Below, piece by piece: positions 35,426-49,202 of a DNA stretch of 64,000 nucleotides. The stretch lies in contig CBDBCZ010000016.1 of NCBI GenBank assembly GCA_965203295.1, positions 1,248,001 to 1,312,000 of the forward strand. The letters run 5' to 3'. This stretch comes from Nitrospirales bacterium (lineage in GTDB: Bacteria; Nitrospirota; Nitrospiria; Nitrospirales; UBA8639). A program made the translations under genes and the position numbers. The stretch's first letter is position 1. Each line of letters starts with the position of its first letter. Below the pieces are notes generated by a model, which saw nothing but the letters and a program-made list of their open reading frames with translations, made no database searches and was not told where the DNA came from.

Positions 35426-38231
35426 CTTGGACGGAGCCTGAAGAACAAGATAGCAATGTATACAGGAGCCATAAAGCTCGTTGCGATTGCATACTTGTTA
35501 GTGTATTCACATTTACTTTAGTTATTTGACTGTATGCATATTGTGTCGTCTTGATTGCTACATGTGCAGGCCATTTTCTGTTGCTGCTACTATTTAATGT
35601 AATTGAATGTAATAAAGTGTTCAGTGTGTCTGAGTACAAACTATGCAAAAACGACAACTACAAGTCCATTGTAACGTACCTCAGCCTGATTATTAACATG
35701 CATAAATATTTAAATCAACACTCATGCTGTGATTCCCTTACATAATACATAATCACATCTTTCTATAGCCAGTATAATACAAGCAGATCTGATATGCTGC
35801 CCCCTGTTTATAATGAGAACGCACTTCACTATAGTAAAAGGTGTAGTCTTTTCTCTATTGAGCATAGAAAGCAGAAAATGTGCATATACTAAATGGCTTA
35901 CAGCATGACAGCTCTAGCCTCTTCCCAGGCTCCACCCACAAGCTTTTCATAACACCGTGTATAAAAAAAAGAGTGTGACGGAAAGCTAGGGGAGTGGAGC
36001 CTGGGAACAAAACAAAGACAGCTCTATGTTCTATTATATTAGCCTCGTTCCCAGGCTCTAAAGCTGGTCAGTAGAGCCTGGGAACGAGGCTATCATATAA
36101 AGACTAAGCTATGCGTGGGCACACACAGTATCAGGGCAAAATTGTCATCTTAATCATTATCATTCATAAGTGTTTGTCTAGCCTCACTCCCGATCTCCAC
36201 AGGCTGCTCTACTTTGCATGTTGGGAAAAGGTGGCAGTGGAGACTGGGAACGAAGCTAGGAATAAACATCTAACCACAGTCATGTTTTTTTTAATTGCTG
36301 AGATGGTATGCATTAATGTTTACTACATGCATATTCAGTTTCTTTTGATTGGTGTTCAGTATGCCTGATGACAAACTATACATAAAAAGCCATTAGCTAT
36401 ACAGCAACGTTAACCACAATTGCACAGTAAATCCCTTCCTCAGTAGCTTGCCACTAACAATGAGCAGTTTCAACAATCATACTTCAGCCTAATTAACATG
36501 CCTAAGTACTGAGTCATTGCTCAGTGCTTTCCCTAGTCTCACATGCCAGGCCCCAGACAGGAGAACTGGAGACTAGTGTCACTGAAGAACTACCACTCTG
36601 CCCCTCACCTGGCACAGCTGCTGCTCAGGGTGGTATATCTTTGAGTGCTGGCTGTAGATAGATAGATGTGATTGGTATATGTATAGAGTCATAGTCTTGT
36701 GTGCCAGTATCTTAGGAAGACTGGCACTTGAAGTCCTGGGGTAATTAGTGGGGGACCAGGGAGTGGTATTTGACTGACCTCTTTCCCAGGCTTCCCCCAC
36801 GTGCACTCGCAAACTGTTCATCTTCACGAATGCAGGTTGGGGAGTGGGGGGAGCCTGGGAACGAGGTTAGCTACAACAATAATGTCTGTTTGCATGCCTA
36901 ATCCAAGCCACACTTAGTACAGGTGTTAACCTAGCCCCGCACCTGGGTACGAGGCTAATGTTGACCCTCTGGGTGCAGTACCCACTTTCATACGTCTTGT
37001 ATGTAGTCAGCAAATGTTTACACAACCCTACCATGGTATGCATAGCTAGTTAGGGCCTTTATTCCACCTACAATACCGGTATGCGGGTTTGAATCCAGCG
37101 CATGTCCAAATTCGTTTACACACTGAAGTTATTATTTGATTAGGGTGAATGACACATACACTCACTCAGGCTCGCCCCACAATGCCTTGCTTTTGACTAG
37201 TACATATTTAGTGATTAATAGTCTCATCAGTATGGCCCAAATTTTTTTAACGTATGCACTCACCTTTGTAATCTGCTCCACTCTATAGCCTTCTCTTCAA
37301 CAGACAATTGCAGTCAGTCGCATCGCTGCAGCAGGAATACAAATGTGTTGCACAGATCCAAAATCTCGCACAAGCACTGAGAGACCTGGATGAGAAGGCA
37401 AAAAAAAATCTGATAGCTAGCTAAAGTGCATGCTTACACCATTTAAATTTTGTAGGGATGGTAATCCGTGAAAGTTCTGTGGTGTAGCTAATTCATATCT
37501 TGTTTGGTAAATTTTTTTGCGATTCCATCCCTACATGCTTTTTCATTTTATTAGCAATATTGTCAGTGAGTTGTTAGCCTCAGAAGTTCGGCACGTATGC
37601 ATATGTCTACGATCATTTGAAGGGCTGAGAACCAGAATGGTCTAACCCCTTCCCAAACTTGAGAACACTCTTAAAATGTGTTTCAGGAGCTGGTCAAGAT
37701 GAAATTTTTGGTCATATGTTCATAGCATTTTCCTTCATTTTTGTGCAATTTTCAGTACTTAATTTTGGGTTACACCACTATGGTTCTCAGCCCTTCATTT
37801 GTTCTTAGAATGTTCAGCTGTGAAGGAAACTCATGAATAATTCATATCAGTACACTACGTACAACTCATATACTCAATAATGAACTCCCACAACCTCATG
37901 CATACTACTGCATGCATGTGACGTACAGTATAGCGAGAATATTTGGCGAACATTAAATTTGACGAAAAACATCGCGAATTTTAAATTTGGCGATGACGTA
38001 GCCTTCTAACAAGCTTATCTTACACGATCCAGCAGCTTGGAGACGGACGTAGATGCCTTTGTCGCTTCAGTGATTCTCAATGGCATATTTCCTAATCCGT
38101 CTCCCGTGCGTATGCAGCGGCGTTAAGGGATTGCTTCTGTCTGTCCACTAACTCGCAATTTAAAGGGTTAAGCGATTGTCAAACCCGACAGTAACATTGA
38201 AATCTAAAAAAGTCGATGTGTGTGTACCTGA

Positions 38232-38650
38232 TAGGCCTGAGCTAATTATTCACGAATAAAATTTTTCAAATGTTGAATAATCAGTAAGAAAAGCGAAAAT
38301 TTGGTTTGCACACGCACTTTGAACATCTAGGCGTGACCTTTGAGCTGCACTGCGTGGGTCAGTGACTCAGTGCTGATGGAGGAGGAGGTTGTATCCCAGG
38401 ATCAGGTGATATCGTCACCCCCTGTACTTATCCTAGAGCCCCCAAATCCTCCTGTCTTGCGTGTAAACGTAAAGCAGATGTGTGTGTGTAAGGTTTTGCA
38501 TCGAACAACACCAACAAAAACTTCCTTCAAGTTGAATAACAGGTCATAATCATTTGAAAAATTGGGAGGATCACTTGAATAATAGGGAAGAAAATCAGGA
38601 AAAAAGAATTTGAATAATAGGCAAGTTTGAATGAACAATTAGCTCACCTA
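38232..38650. mobile_element. ~420-bp hAT-like MITE nested in the third CCGTATAGCG element
   Basis: Imperfect TIR taggcctgagctaattattca / tgaacaattagctcaccta, with degenerate 8-bp flanks gtacctga / atacctgg. It is absent from the other two copies. Confidence 0.65.
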
Positions 38651-39302
38651 ATACCTGGTATATTCTATTCTCAGCTCTCTTTTATTCAACACGGTAATTA
38701 ATACGGTCAGAAACTGGAATACGAAAGAGGGCGGGCATATGCGGTTTCAGAACACGGGTTCATACTGGAGTATACGTAGAGAGGCGTCCGTGTCATTATT
38801 ACGGCAATCGGTCCCGCCCATATACGTACGCAGCTTGAATGCGGCACGAGCACGCGGTAAACGAGCCTTGCAAGCATAGATACTATACTAACTATAGTTC
38901 AAGCTAGTCCACGAGGCCAGGCAAGTCTACAGTCCAAGGGTCCCATTTGTAAAAAAAAAAAATGTAGCGCGGGTATGTCTCTGCTAAAGACTTCTAGTTA
39001 CGACGTGTATCTTACTTGCTTCAAGGTCAGACACTCACACGCTTCGGGTTTAAGTCTCGAGATAGAATGCGCTTTACAACCTTGTTTGCCTCAGGTTCGA
39101 TGGAGCCTGAGGGGAATCGCCATACGATCGCGCGTGGGTGATTACATCACGCTTTATTATTGGCGAGGAATTTAATTTGGCCAATTAAAGTCCTCGCCAA
39201 TTTTTTCCGCTATACGGCTATGATTGTGCACAAACTGTAGCAAGAGTTATCAGTCTGAGTGATCAAACCTGGCTCTACTGCTCCTCAGTCTTTGCAGGCA
39301 TA

Positions 39303-41154
39303 ATGGACTTCGTTGTTGTAGCAGCAATTATTCTACACATTCTAAATAGTCAGGTAGCTGTGGAGTGTGATACTACCCAGTGTACCAGCAAGGAGAGCTG
39401 CAATGGAATGAAAACCAATCAAGTGTCCAGTGAAACAGAGAGTAACACCAGTTGCGTGAACACCTGGTTCTTTCCAGCCCCCGATGATGACCATACCTGT
39501 GAGTGTGGTAGTACCATAGGGAATAAAGTGAGATGCGACAATGCCACCAAGAAAGTGGATATTCTCGACTGCTACTGCATGACATACAGCGAGGACGACC
39601 ACTCAACAGTGATTGGAAAATGTGTGTATGGATGTTAGTCATAAATCAAGTTACCACTCTCTCCCGTCCAACATTTCTCAGCTGAATGAACAGGTTTGTG
39701 GATGGCTCAATCGTGATGGTCAATTGTGTGGCAGATGCAAAGATGGTTTTGGACCAGCAGTATATTCCTACAGTTTAAGTTGTGTAGAGTGCAAGGATTA
39801 TCATTATAATTGGGTGAAGTATGCAGTGGTTTCATTATTACCCCTAACTGTGTTCTTTTTTGTTATCACACTTACTAGGATTAAATTACTTTCGGGTGCA
39901 TGGTCTGGTTACATTTTGATCAGTCAAGTACTGTCAACACCTCTTCTCATGCGTGTATTTCAGCTACATCAGGATCACAACACATTCCACTTCACTCTAG
40001 GTATTCTTAGTGTACCCTATGGTGTCTCAAATCTCGATTTTTTTCGTCTTCTATACCCACCATTTTGCCTACATCCTCACATGTCCTCCGTCCAGGCTTT
40101 AGCATTGGACTACGTTGTGGGTGTTTATCCCCTGGCCCTAATTGTATTCACTTATTTTCTGGTTGTACTGTACGACAACAATGTAAGGATAATTAGGTGG
40201 TTATGGAAGCCCTTTCATTACTGCTCTGTTCGTTTTAGAAGGAACTGGAATATCAAAAGTTCGTTAGTTGATTCTTTTGCTACCTTCATTATTTTATCCT
40301 ACATGAAATTTTTGGATGTGTCTATCAATCTTATGATTCCAGTTCGTCTTTTTAATATTCATGGAAAGCCGGTCGGGCTGTATCTTTTTTATGATGCCAC
40401 AATGAAGTATTTCAGCAAACAGCACCTTCCATATGCATTCCTGGTCCTTGGAGTATTCTTGACTATTAATGTGTTCCCAGCCGTACTGTTGAGCTTGTAT
40501 CCCTGTCAATGTTTTCACAAATGCTTGAACCGCTGCAGGCTTAGTAACTGTCAGGCACTGCATATATTCATGGACGCCTTTCAAGGTTGCTACAAGGATG
40601 GAACAAATGGTACAAAAGATTGTAGGTGGTATGCAGCAGTGTACTTGTGGATTCGAATTGCATTATTCATTATGAGTGCAGTAGCTCTTTCAGATTTATG
40701 GATACCTTTTGTAGCATTTGGATTCCTCACTATGTTGATTCTAGTTACTGTATTCCATCCCTACAAGTCTGCTACTTTCAACACTGTTGAAACTATCTTA
40801 TTTTTTGTAATGGCTTTCATACTTGTATCAGCCATGGCACATGTTATATCGGATTATATAGTCCATCGCTACCAGAAAATGCTGGATGTAATCGGTAGCA
40901 TTTTCGCGATTGTTCCATTCATATATGTACTGGCAATCTTGCTGTACAGGCTGCTATTCCAAAGCCACCGTGTACAAACAGTCTACCGAAAGTTCAAGAC
41001 TTGGCTACTGTGCTACTGCAAAGTTTCAATTACTCACGCAGACTCACAAGAATCATTACCAGACAGAATAGCTTACGACCATCCAAAAGAGAACACAGCC
41101 CTATTACCTGTGCCAGTGCAATGGGACAACAATTCTGACGCTACTTCTTATTAA
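39303..41154 (+). pseudogene. Cys-rich ectodomain multi-TM protein, copy 8 (A/B mosaic, one frameshift)
   Basis: ORFs 39303-39638 and 39613-41154 are joined by a +1 change near 39632 (tatggatgttagtcat versus tatggttgtagtcat). Confidence 0.75.
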
Positions 41155-42444
41155 CTTGGACAAATTCTGGAAGAACAAGATAACAATGTATAGGTAGCGC
41201 TTTAAAGCTTGTAATTGTATACTTGAATGAATGTTAGTGTATTTACATACACATTCAGTGATTGTATTAGTTATATGGTAATGTCTTGATTGCTACAATG
41301 AGTTATGCATAAACATATTATTTTCTGTTTCTGTTTTTGTAGTAGTGTTCAGTGTATCTGAGAACAAACTATGCAACCACAAGTGCATTGTAAACCCCCT
41401 CTGAACCTTAATGCATTCTTCAGCATGTAGCTTGCCACCAAGTAAGTTAACAATGATCTGCTTTAGCAATCTTATGTCATTAACTGCTATAATACGTACC
41501 GAAATCTGGTATGCTGCACTCAGTTTAAATAGTGAGAATCCACTCACTACACGTAGTATATATTACTATAGTAACAAGGTATAGTTCCATTGAGCTATAT
41601 AGTAAGAATCCAATAGAGCATAGGAAGCAGAAGATGTGCATATACTAAATGGCTCAGAGCATGGACAGCTCTAGCCTCCTTCCCAGGCTCCACCCACCAG
41701 CTTTTTATCACACCGTGTATAAAAAAGAGTGTGACAGAAAAATAGGGGGGGTGGAGCCTGGAAACAAAACAAGGACAGCTCTATGTTCTATAGGCGAAGC
41801 TATATGTGGTCACACAGTAGCAGGGCAAACATTACATTAATTTTACCAAAGTTTGTTTAGCCTCGTTCCCAGTCTCCACTGGCTGCTCTATTTTGCATGT
41901 TGGAAAATAGTGGCAGTGGAGCCAGGGAACAAGGCAAGGACAGCTATACGTTCTATAGACTAAGCTATATATCAGTACACACAGTAGCAGGGCAAAACCT
42001 ATTTTAACCATTATCATTTACCAATGTTTATATAGCCTTGTTCATTGGGAAAAGGTGGCAGTGGAGACTAGGAACGAGGTGAGGAATAAACAACTAACTA
42101 CAGTCATGTGTTTTCAATATGCTGTGCAGGTATGTGTTTATGCTTACTTCATGCGTACTCTTGATTAGTCTTCAGTACGCCTGATGACAAACAAATATGG
42201 CAACAACAACAACTACACTGTAACTCCCCTCTGAACCTTAAATGCATTACTCAGATGCTAGCCATAATTACAGCAATCCTATCTAACATGCCTATATAAG
42301 TACTGAGTCATTGCTCAGTGATTCCCCTGGTCTCGCATGCCAGGCCCCAGACAGGGACTGGCTCACGAGACTATGACTCTATATTATACCAATCACATCT
42401 CCCAGTTTATATAGTAAGAATCCACTCACTGGCAGCTTTCAGTT

Positions 42445-44765
42445 TTACGAAAAGGTATAACTATGTATATGGGGTCCCTTTAACATCATAGCAAGGGAGA
42501 CAAGAGGGTTCTGAGTACTGAAATACTTGTTGTAGTCCACCCTGAGCAGCAGCTGTGCCAGGTGAGGGGCAGAGTGGTGGTTCTTGACACTAGACACTAT
42601 CTTGAAGAAAAGAGAAGACTGACGCTTGAAGTCCTGTGTGCAGTGTGTGAGTACATGTGTTGGAATCACCGTATACACTGTTAAAATAGAAATGCCATAC
42701 TGACTAGTGGGTTGTTGTTTCAGTTTCAACATGCATGTGAATAACTGCAGCAACATCACTTTCCTCTGAGTCTTCCTTTACCGACCTCTACATGGTTTCA
42801 CCATAGCGATGCACTTTCATTACGTAGCAAATGCTTTCGCATTCTTGACCCAAAACAATAAATCTGTATCCATGGCATTCTTGACCCAAAACAATGAATC
42901 TGCATCCATGGCATTCTTGACCCAAAACAATGAATCTGTATCCATGGCATTCTTGACCCAAAACAATGAATCTGTATCCATGCGTGTGATGTATTGAAAC
43001 TCAAGGAGTATTCAGTAGTGATAGGGAATCTAAGACTGTGCATTTATTCAAGCCAAACTACTTCTGCAGCTTTTACTAGTTAGGCATATTATTAATCCTG
43101 TTTCGTTGCTTTAATTCTGCAGCTGTTTTACCAGCCAGGCATAATATTGCTTAGTGATAGTAATATACTCATGTTGCTGCCGTAGCGCTTACGCTATTGA
43201 CCACACACCCACATACGCAGGCGGAGCTTATAATATTGCTTAGTACTGTGAGGTCAATAATTGTGTACGATATAGGGTTCAGAATCTCAGCTACTGCATG
43301 TAATTTCTGTCCGTCACACTTTCCTAGCCAAGTGTGTTCAAAACGATGTCTCAGGCTGATACGTTAATGACATCTCTGACGCTGTGGCGCATAAACAGTT
43401 ATAGAGATCTGGACAAGTCTACTACATCTTTCTATCAAGTAAGGCATATTACAGCTTCCATGTTAGTAGAGTTTGTGTGGCCGCTCTGTAAACATACATA
43501 TGAGGGCTGAATACTGACAGCACAAATCAATCGATAAGTAGCTAAGTTTCGGGTAACATTGCATGCATGCAGTGCGCTATGGCCCCTTTATCAGCTCTCC
43601 TGTGGCAGCCATGGCTGATCCACTGAAATTTGTTGCAGACTAGCTAAGATGTTTACTAGTCTCCAGATCACCAGATGTTTATCTCAACTGTCATCTCGCA
43701 TGCATGCTGTGTACATCTATCAATCTACATAAGACATAGTGTGCTTGTATATACCCTTTTGGGGCTTCAATTCTGCTGTATTTTACAAGCAGGCACTACA
43801 AGTGCTACCTGTGCAATACATTAGCGTAACTGTCACCTATTTTACAGTTTCCAGCAAACTGAAAATAAAGTGACGGTTACAGCACTATATACAAATGTTG
43901 ACCAATTGAACAGAAACTCGAAGAAAGTTTAAACACCATATGATATAGAGTAAACATAAAGTCTTTCTCATTCCTCTTTTATACATGTATGTCCACTTCA
44001 ATGTGCATATAATTATGCATCTCTATCACTGCACACTGCAGTTACTGCATCGTTAGGCACATACACGTGCTCAAGTTTGCCCCATGATAATGCCCTGCGT
44101 TTGCCTATTACATACTCTATTGGTGAAGGGTCTTAACACATAAACACACACCTTTGCAATCTGTTCCACCCTAGCCTTCTCTTCAACAGACAATTGCAGT
44201 TTGTCGCATCGCTGCAGCAGGGATACAAATGCGTTGCACAAATCCAGAATCTCACGTAAGCACCGAGAGACCTGGATGAGAAGGCAAAAACCAAAACACA
44301 AGTCATCCCTTTACTAAATACCATAACACTACATGCCACACACCCACAAACCCAGGTGGATCTATTGATAATCACAATCAGTTGTTATGAAAAAGATTAC
44401 ATGTATATAATGCTAATCTCCATTCCATGTGTATTACATTACATAATACGTAACAAATTTTGGCCTCTAGCTTATACAACCAATCATCTTGATTGTCACA
44501 AACTGTGTTCGTAAACCTTGTGAAAGCTTAGCCTAGCTATACAGTAGTGCTTCAAGTCTAGAAACTTCAGCTACGTATCTGCAATGGGTTCAAGACATGC
44601 TTTGCGTGTCAGCTGACTGTGGTGACTTACAGCTGGAAGGAGGAGGAATAGCTGTGACTGAAGAGTGGTGACGAAGCTCTCGTGAGCGTGCTTGATGGTC
44701 TCAAAGTTGTGGGTGGAATTAATCTTCTCCTGTAGCTGGGAAAACTGAGTCTCCAACACGTCAAC
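42445..44765 (-). pseudogene. TUBGCP4: Last three exons of gamma-tubulin complex component 4 (44765-44631, 44271-44152, 42633-42445); no upstream exons seen
   Basis: The spliced reading VDVLETQFSQLQEKINSTHNFETIKHAHESF.../VSRCLREILDLC.../DFKRQSSLFFKIVSSVKNH...LAQLLLRVDYNKYF matches the animal GCP4 C-terminus as I recall it (VDVLESQFSQL..., RQSSLLFKILSSV..., LAQLLLRLDYNKY). Boundaries are canonical AG/GT, phase 0. Confidence 0.85.
42839..42982. repeat. 36-bp tandem repeat x4 (x2 in the paralogous unit, 49567-49638)
   Basis: Head-to-tail unit gcattcttgacccaaaacaatgaatctgtatccatg. Confidence 0.9.
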
Positions 44766-46280
44766 CTGGAAGCATGAAAACAGTGCTTCAGTAGCTGCTT
44801 AAGAAACAAGAAGTCAAAGCAAGACAATATGAGTACATTAATACACTCCCAAGTATAACGTCTGAAATTAAAAGATCTATAATTCATTCTGAAAATGTTG
44901 ATTTTTACGATTTTCTTTCATGACCCAAAGTTCGTACGGTCACTGTACAAACTCTCGGTTATGAAGTAATACTTCAGTAGACTCTTCAATTAAGAGCACA
45001 GGAGAGATGTCCTTTCTACAGCCTCTGCTGCAGGACTTAGCCACATACATGCCGAGAGAAAAGATTTGTTTGGTAAATCACGTGATATGTACATGGTTTG
45101 CATCTCCCCTGGGAGCATAATAGAATACAGTCTCTCTCTGCTCATTACTGCTCACCTGCCTCAAATGCTATTTAATGAGTGGTCCCCATCAGCCCGAACA
45201 ATTCAAGAATCTTGGTTCCTTTAGTGTATCATAAAAGTTTATGCATAAATCGGGTCTCTCTCTATAACTAATCTCTTCCTGGAGTACACCTAAATTGATA
45301 AAAAGCGAAATCTAGAGGGACTGCAAAATATTATGGGAAGAAATCTGTTAAACACAAAGTAAATGGGTGATGCATCGATGTGGCGTCTAAAGCTGTTTTG
45401 AGGGGTATGTAACAGTCGATGGGAATGAAAACCGATGTGTGCAGCTCCTAGCTCACTCGAAGTTTAAAAGTTTGATACGATCTTCCTCTCAAATGGGAGG
45501 ACAACGAGATCTCACTTTTGTCCATTACACATTGTTAGCAAACCTAGAGTAGCTGTAGCTAGTGATAATTAATTCTGATGTTGAGAGGTGCAGAAAGCCA
45601 CTTCCAGAATATTAAAACCACTGGAGTACTAACCGATAATGATGATGATTCACTATTAGTAGGGTGCAAACCACCTCATAAATTAGCTAAATGGTATGAT
45701 AGAACAACAGAATTTTAGCTCTTATAAGACCATGTGAAATTGTTGTCAGCATGTGTGAGATCATGTTGATCGGAGTTCTCTTTCTACCAACCACGAATTG
45801 GCTTCTCAAATGTTTCGACTGCTGGGCTGCAGTACAATGATGTCTGCCCTGATGAAGACTGCAGCCCAGCTAGTAAGATCCCATACAGCTGAAGATGTGC
45901 ATATACTAAATGGCTCAGAGCATGGACAGCTCTAGCCTTCTTCCTAGGCTCAACTTCCAGCATTCTATCACTCCATGTATAAAACCACATAAAACGGTGC
46001 AACAGAAAGCTGGGGAGTGGAGCCTGGGAACAAGGCTAGGATAGCTCAATGCAACCACAATTGCACTGTAAACTGCACCCTTTGACCTTAAATGCATTCC
46101 TGAGCAGCTTGCCACAAACGATATGAACAAGTTTCAGGATTCATACCTCAACCTAATTAACATGCCTATGTACTGAATCATTGCTCAGTGATTCCCCTAG
46201 TCTGCACGCCAGGCCCCTTTTAGAGACAGGGAATAGCACACTAGACTATGACTCTATGCATATAGTAATCATAGTGAATA

Positions 46281-48116
46281 ATGGATAGAATTTACTTCTT
46301 CATTGTAGCAGTAACTCTGAGTAATTTGGTACCTCAGGAGTGTGATGCTATCCAGTGTACTGACGAGGAGAACTGCAACTTCGACAGTCAAGCATCAAGT
46401 GAAGTAGATGGTAACACCAGTTGCGTGAACACCTGGTTCCTTCAAGTCCCCGATGATGACCATACCTGTGAGTGTGGTAGTACTGTAGGGAGTAAAGTGA
46501 GATGCGACAATGCCACCAAGGAAGTGGATATTCTCGACTGCTACTGCATGACATACAGCGAGGACGACCACTCAACAGTGCTTGGACAGTGCTTGTACGG
46601 TTGTAATCATAAATCAAGTTACTACTCTCTCCCGTCCAATATTTCTCAGCTCAATGGAAAAGTTTGTGGATGGCTTAATCGTGAAGGTCAATTGTGTGGC
46701 AGATGCAAAGACGGTTTCGCACCAGCAGTATATTCCTACAGTTTAAGCTGTGTAGAATGCAAGGAATATCATTACAACTGGGTGAAATATGCAGTGATTT
46801 CATTATTACCCCTAACTGTATTCTTTTTTGTAGTCACACTTTCTGGGATTAAACTTCTTTCTGGTGCGTGGTCTGCTTTCATCTTAATCAGTCAGATAAT
46901 GTCAACACCGCTTCTAATGCGTGTTATACTGCTACATGGTAACAAGGCATTCCAGTTCACTTTAGCCATTCTTAGTGTACCCTATGGTGTCTCAAATCTC
47001 GATTTTTTTCGTCTTTTGTACTCACCTTTTTGCCTACATCCTCATATGTCCACCATCCAGGCTTTAGCATTGGACTACATTATAGCGATTTATCCCCTGG
47101 CCCTAATTGTAATCACTTACTTTCTGGTTATACTGCACGATAACAATGTAAGGGTAATTTTGTGGATATGGAAGCCCTTTCATTACTGCTCTGTTCATTT
47201 TAGAAGGAACTGGAATATCAAAAGTTCGTTAGTTCATTCTTTTGCTACCTTCATTATGTTATCCTACATCAAATTTTTGGATGTATCTATCAATCTTTTG
47301 ATTCCAGTACATGTTTTTAATATCCATGGAGAATCTGTTGGGCTGTATCTCCTTTATGACACCGCAGTGAATTATTTCAGCAAACAGCACCTTCCATATG
47401 CATTCCTGGCCTTTGGAGCATTGCTGACTTTTAATATATTCCCAGTCCTACTATTAGGCTTGTATCCCTGTCAATGCTTCCAGAAATGCTTGAACTGTTG
47501 CAGGCTTGGCCGCTGTCAGGCACTGCATATATTCATGGATGCCTTTCAGGGTTGCTGCAAGGATGGAACAAATGGTACAAAAGATTGTAGGTGGTATGTA
47601 GCATTGCACCTGTGGGTTCGAATTACATTATTCTTTGTGACTGCAATAACTCTTTCAACTTCATGGTTGCCTTTTGTTACATTTGTTATCATCATTATGT
47701 TGATTTTAGTTACTGTATTCCATCCCTACAAGTCACGTACTTCCAACACTGTTGAATCTATCTTACTTCTTGTATCAGTTTTCAATCTAGTGTCAGGCAT
47801 GGGACATATATATATAGCAAAATCACAGATTCAGATCCACAAAGTGTTGGATATAATTGGTAGTGTTTCACTGACTGTTCCACTCATGTATGCACTTGGA
47901 GTCTCAGTATACAGGCTGCTGTCTCGTAGCTACTGCGTACAAGTCTATGGAAAGGTTAAGAATTGGCTACGGTGCTACTGCAAAGATTCAATTGCTCATG
48001 CATACTCACAGGAGTCATTGCCAGACAGAATAGCTTATGACCATCCAGAAGAGAACACAGCCCTACTACCTGTGCCAGTGCAATGGAATAACGACTCTGA
48101 CGCTACTTATTATTAG
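46281..48116 (+). CDS. Cys-rich ectodomain multi-TM protein, copy 9 (C type, intact, 611 aa)
   Basis: Single open frame with a divergent N-terminus (MDRIYFFIVAVTLSNLVPQEC) and divergent C-terminal TM segments. Confidence 0.9.
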   Translation: MDRIYFFIVAVTLSNLVPQECDAIQCTDEENCNFDSQASSEVDGNTSCVNTWFLQVPDDDHTCECGSTVGSKVRCDNATKEVDILDCYCMTYSEDDHSTVLGQCLYGCNHKSSYYSLPSNISQLNGKVCGWLNREGQLCGRCKDGFAPAVYSYSLSCVECKEYHYNWVKYAVISLLPLTVFFFVVTLSGIKLLSGAWSAFILISQIMSTPLLMRVILLHGNKAFQFTLAILSVPYGVSNLDFFRLLYSPFCLHPHMSTIQALALDYIIAIYPLALIVITYFLVILHDNNVRVILWIWKPFHYCSVHFRRNWNIKSSLVHSFATFIMLSYIKFLDVSINLLIPVHVFNIHGESVGLYLLYDTAVNYFSKQHLPYAFLAFGALLTFNIFPVLLLGLYPCQCFQKCLNCCRLGRCQALHIFMDAFQGCCKDGTNGTKDCRWYVALHLWVRITLFFVTAITLSTSWLPFVTFVIIIMLILVTVFHPYKSRTSNTVESILLLVSVFNLVSGMGHIYIAKSQIQIHKVLDIIGSVSLTVPLMYALGVSVYRLLSRSYCVQVYGKVKNWLRCYCKDSIAHAYSQESLPDRIAYDHPEENTALLPVPVQWNNDSDATYY

Positions 48117-49202
48117 TCCTACAGTCTGGCTCGTGAGACAAACTTATTAACTTGGACAGACTCTGAAAGAACAAGATAACGATGTATATAAGGCCCTTAA
48201 AGCTCATTGTGATTGCATACATGAATATAGTATTAGTTATTTGACTATAATGTGCATTTACTCTGCTACTTTCTATTTCTGAATATTCTATTATATGTCT
48301 GAGAACAAACTATGCATAAACAGCAACCACAAGTGCAATGTAAAATCCCCTCTGAACCTTAATGCATTCTTCAGCATGCAGCCTGCCACCAACAATGATC
48401 TGTTTCAGCAATCATACCTCAGCCTAATCAACATGCATGAGCATTGCAATCGATACTCATGCAGTGACTTGCCTGGAATAATAATTATAGTAATCACATA
48501 TTTCTATACGTATAGCCAGTACTATACGAACAGAAAGCTGGAATATGCTGCACCCACTTTATAGTGAGAATCCACTCACTAGTAGCTGTTTTGTGATAGC
48601 GGACACACACAGCTCCAAGACAAACTTGCTATTTTAGGCGTTATCATTTACCATTGTTTAAGTGGAAACTATAATCCTCAGTCTCCACGGCCTGCTTTAT
48701 TTTCTCTGTACATTGGGAAAAGGTGGCAATGGATATTGGGAACGAGGCTTGGAATACACAACTAGTCATGTGCTTTCAAATTGCTGTGCTGGTATGCATT
48801 AATCGTTGACAATATATGTGCATATTCTATTTCTGTTGAATAGTGTTCAGTATGCGTGATGACAAACTATACAAAAAAGCCAAAACAGCCGGCCACCACA
48901 ACTGCACTGTAAATCCCCTTTGAACTTTAAATGCATTCCTCTGCAGCTAACCACCTACAATGAATAGATTCAGTAATCATACCTCAGCCTAATGAACTGA
49001 AACATTACTCAGTGACTCTCCTAGTCTCACATGCCAGCCCCCTTTAAGGACTAGCACATAAGACTATATGGATGACTCTTGGCATACTATAGTAATCACA
49101 TCTATCGATAGCTGCACTCAACATCCAGTTTATAGTGAGAATCCACTCATTGGCAGCTTTCAACAAGGTATATAATCATGTATAATTAAAAAGTGAATGG
49201 AG

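Larger units (their letters stand above)
4977..39302 (+). repeat. Higher-order tandem duplication: three ~10.3-10.9 kb units (A gene, stub, B gene, TUBGCP4 remnants, MITEs)
   Basis: Equivalent gene starts at 17757, 28641 and 39303, and at 9812, 22691 and 33578. Length differences are largely explained by the pogo, hAT-like and nested MITE insertions. Confidence 0.9.

Noticed and set aside
42839..42982. CRISPR-like 36-bp repeats
   Set aside because: The units are head-to-tail with no unique spacers, there are no cas genes, and the context is eukaryotic.
42445..44765. A complete functional TUBGCP4 gene
   Set aside because: Only the last three exons are present. No upstream exon was recognisable before the next array gene.
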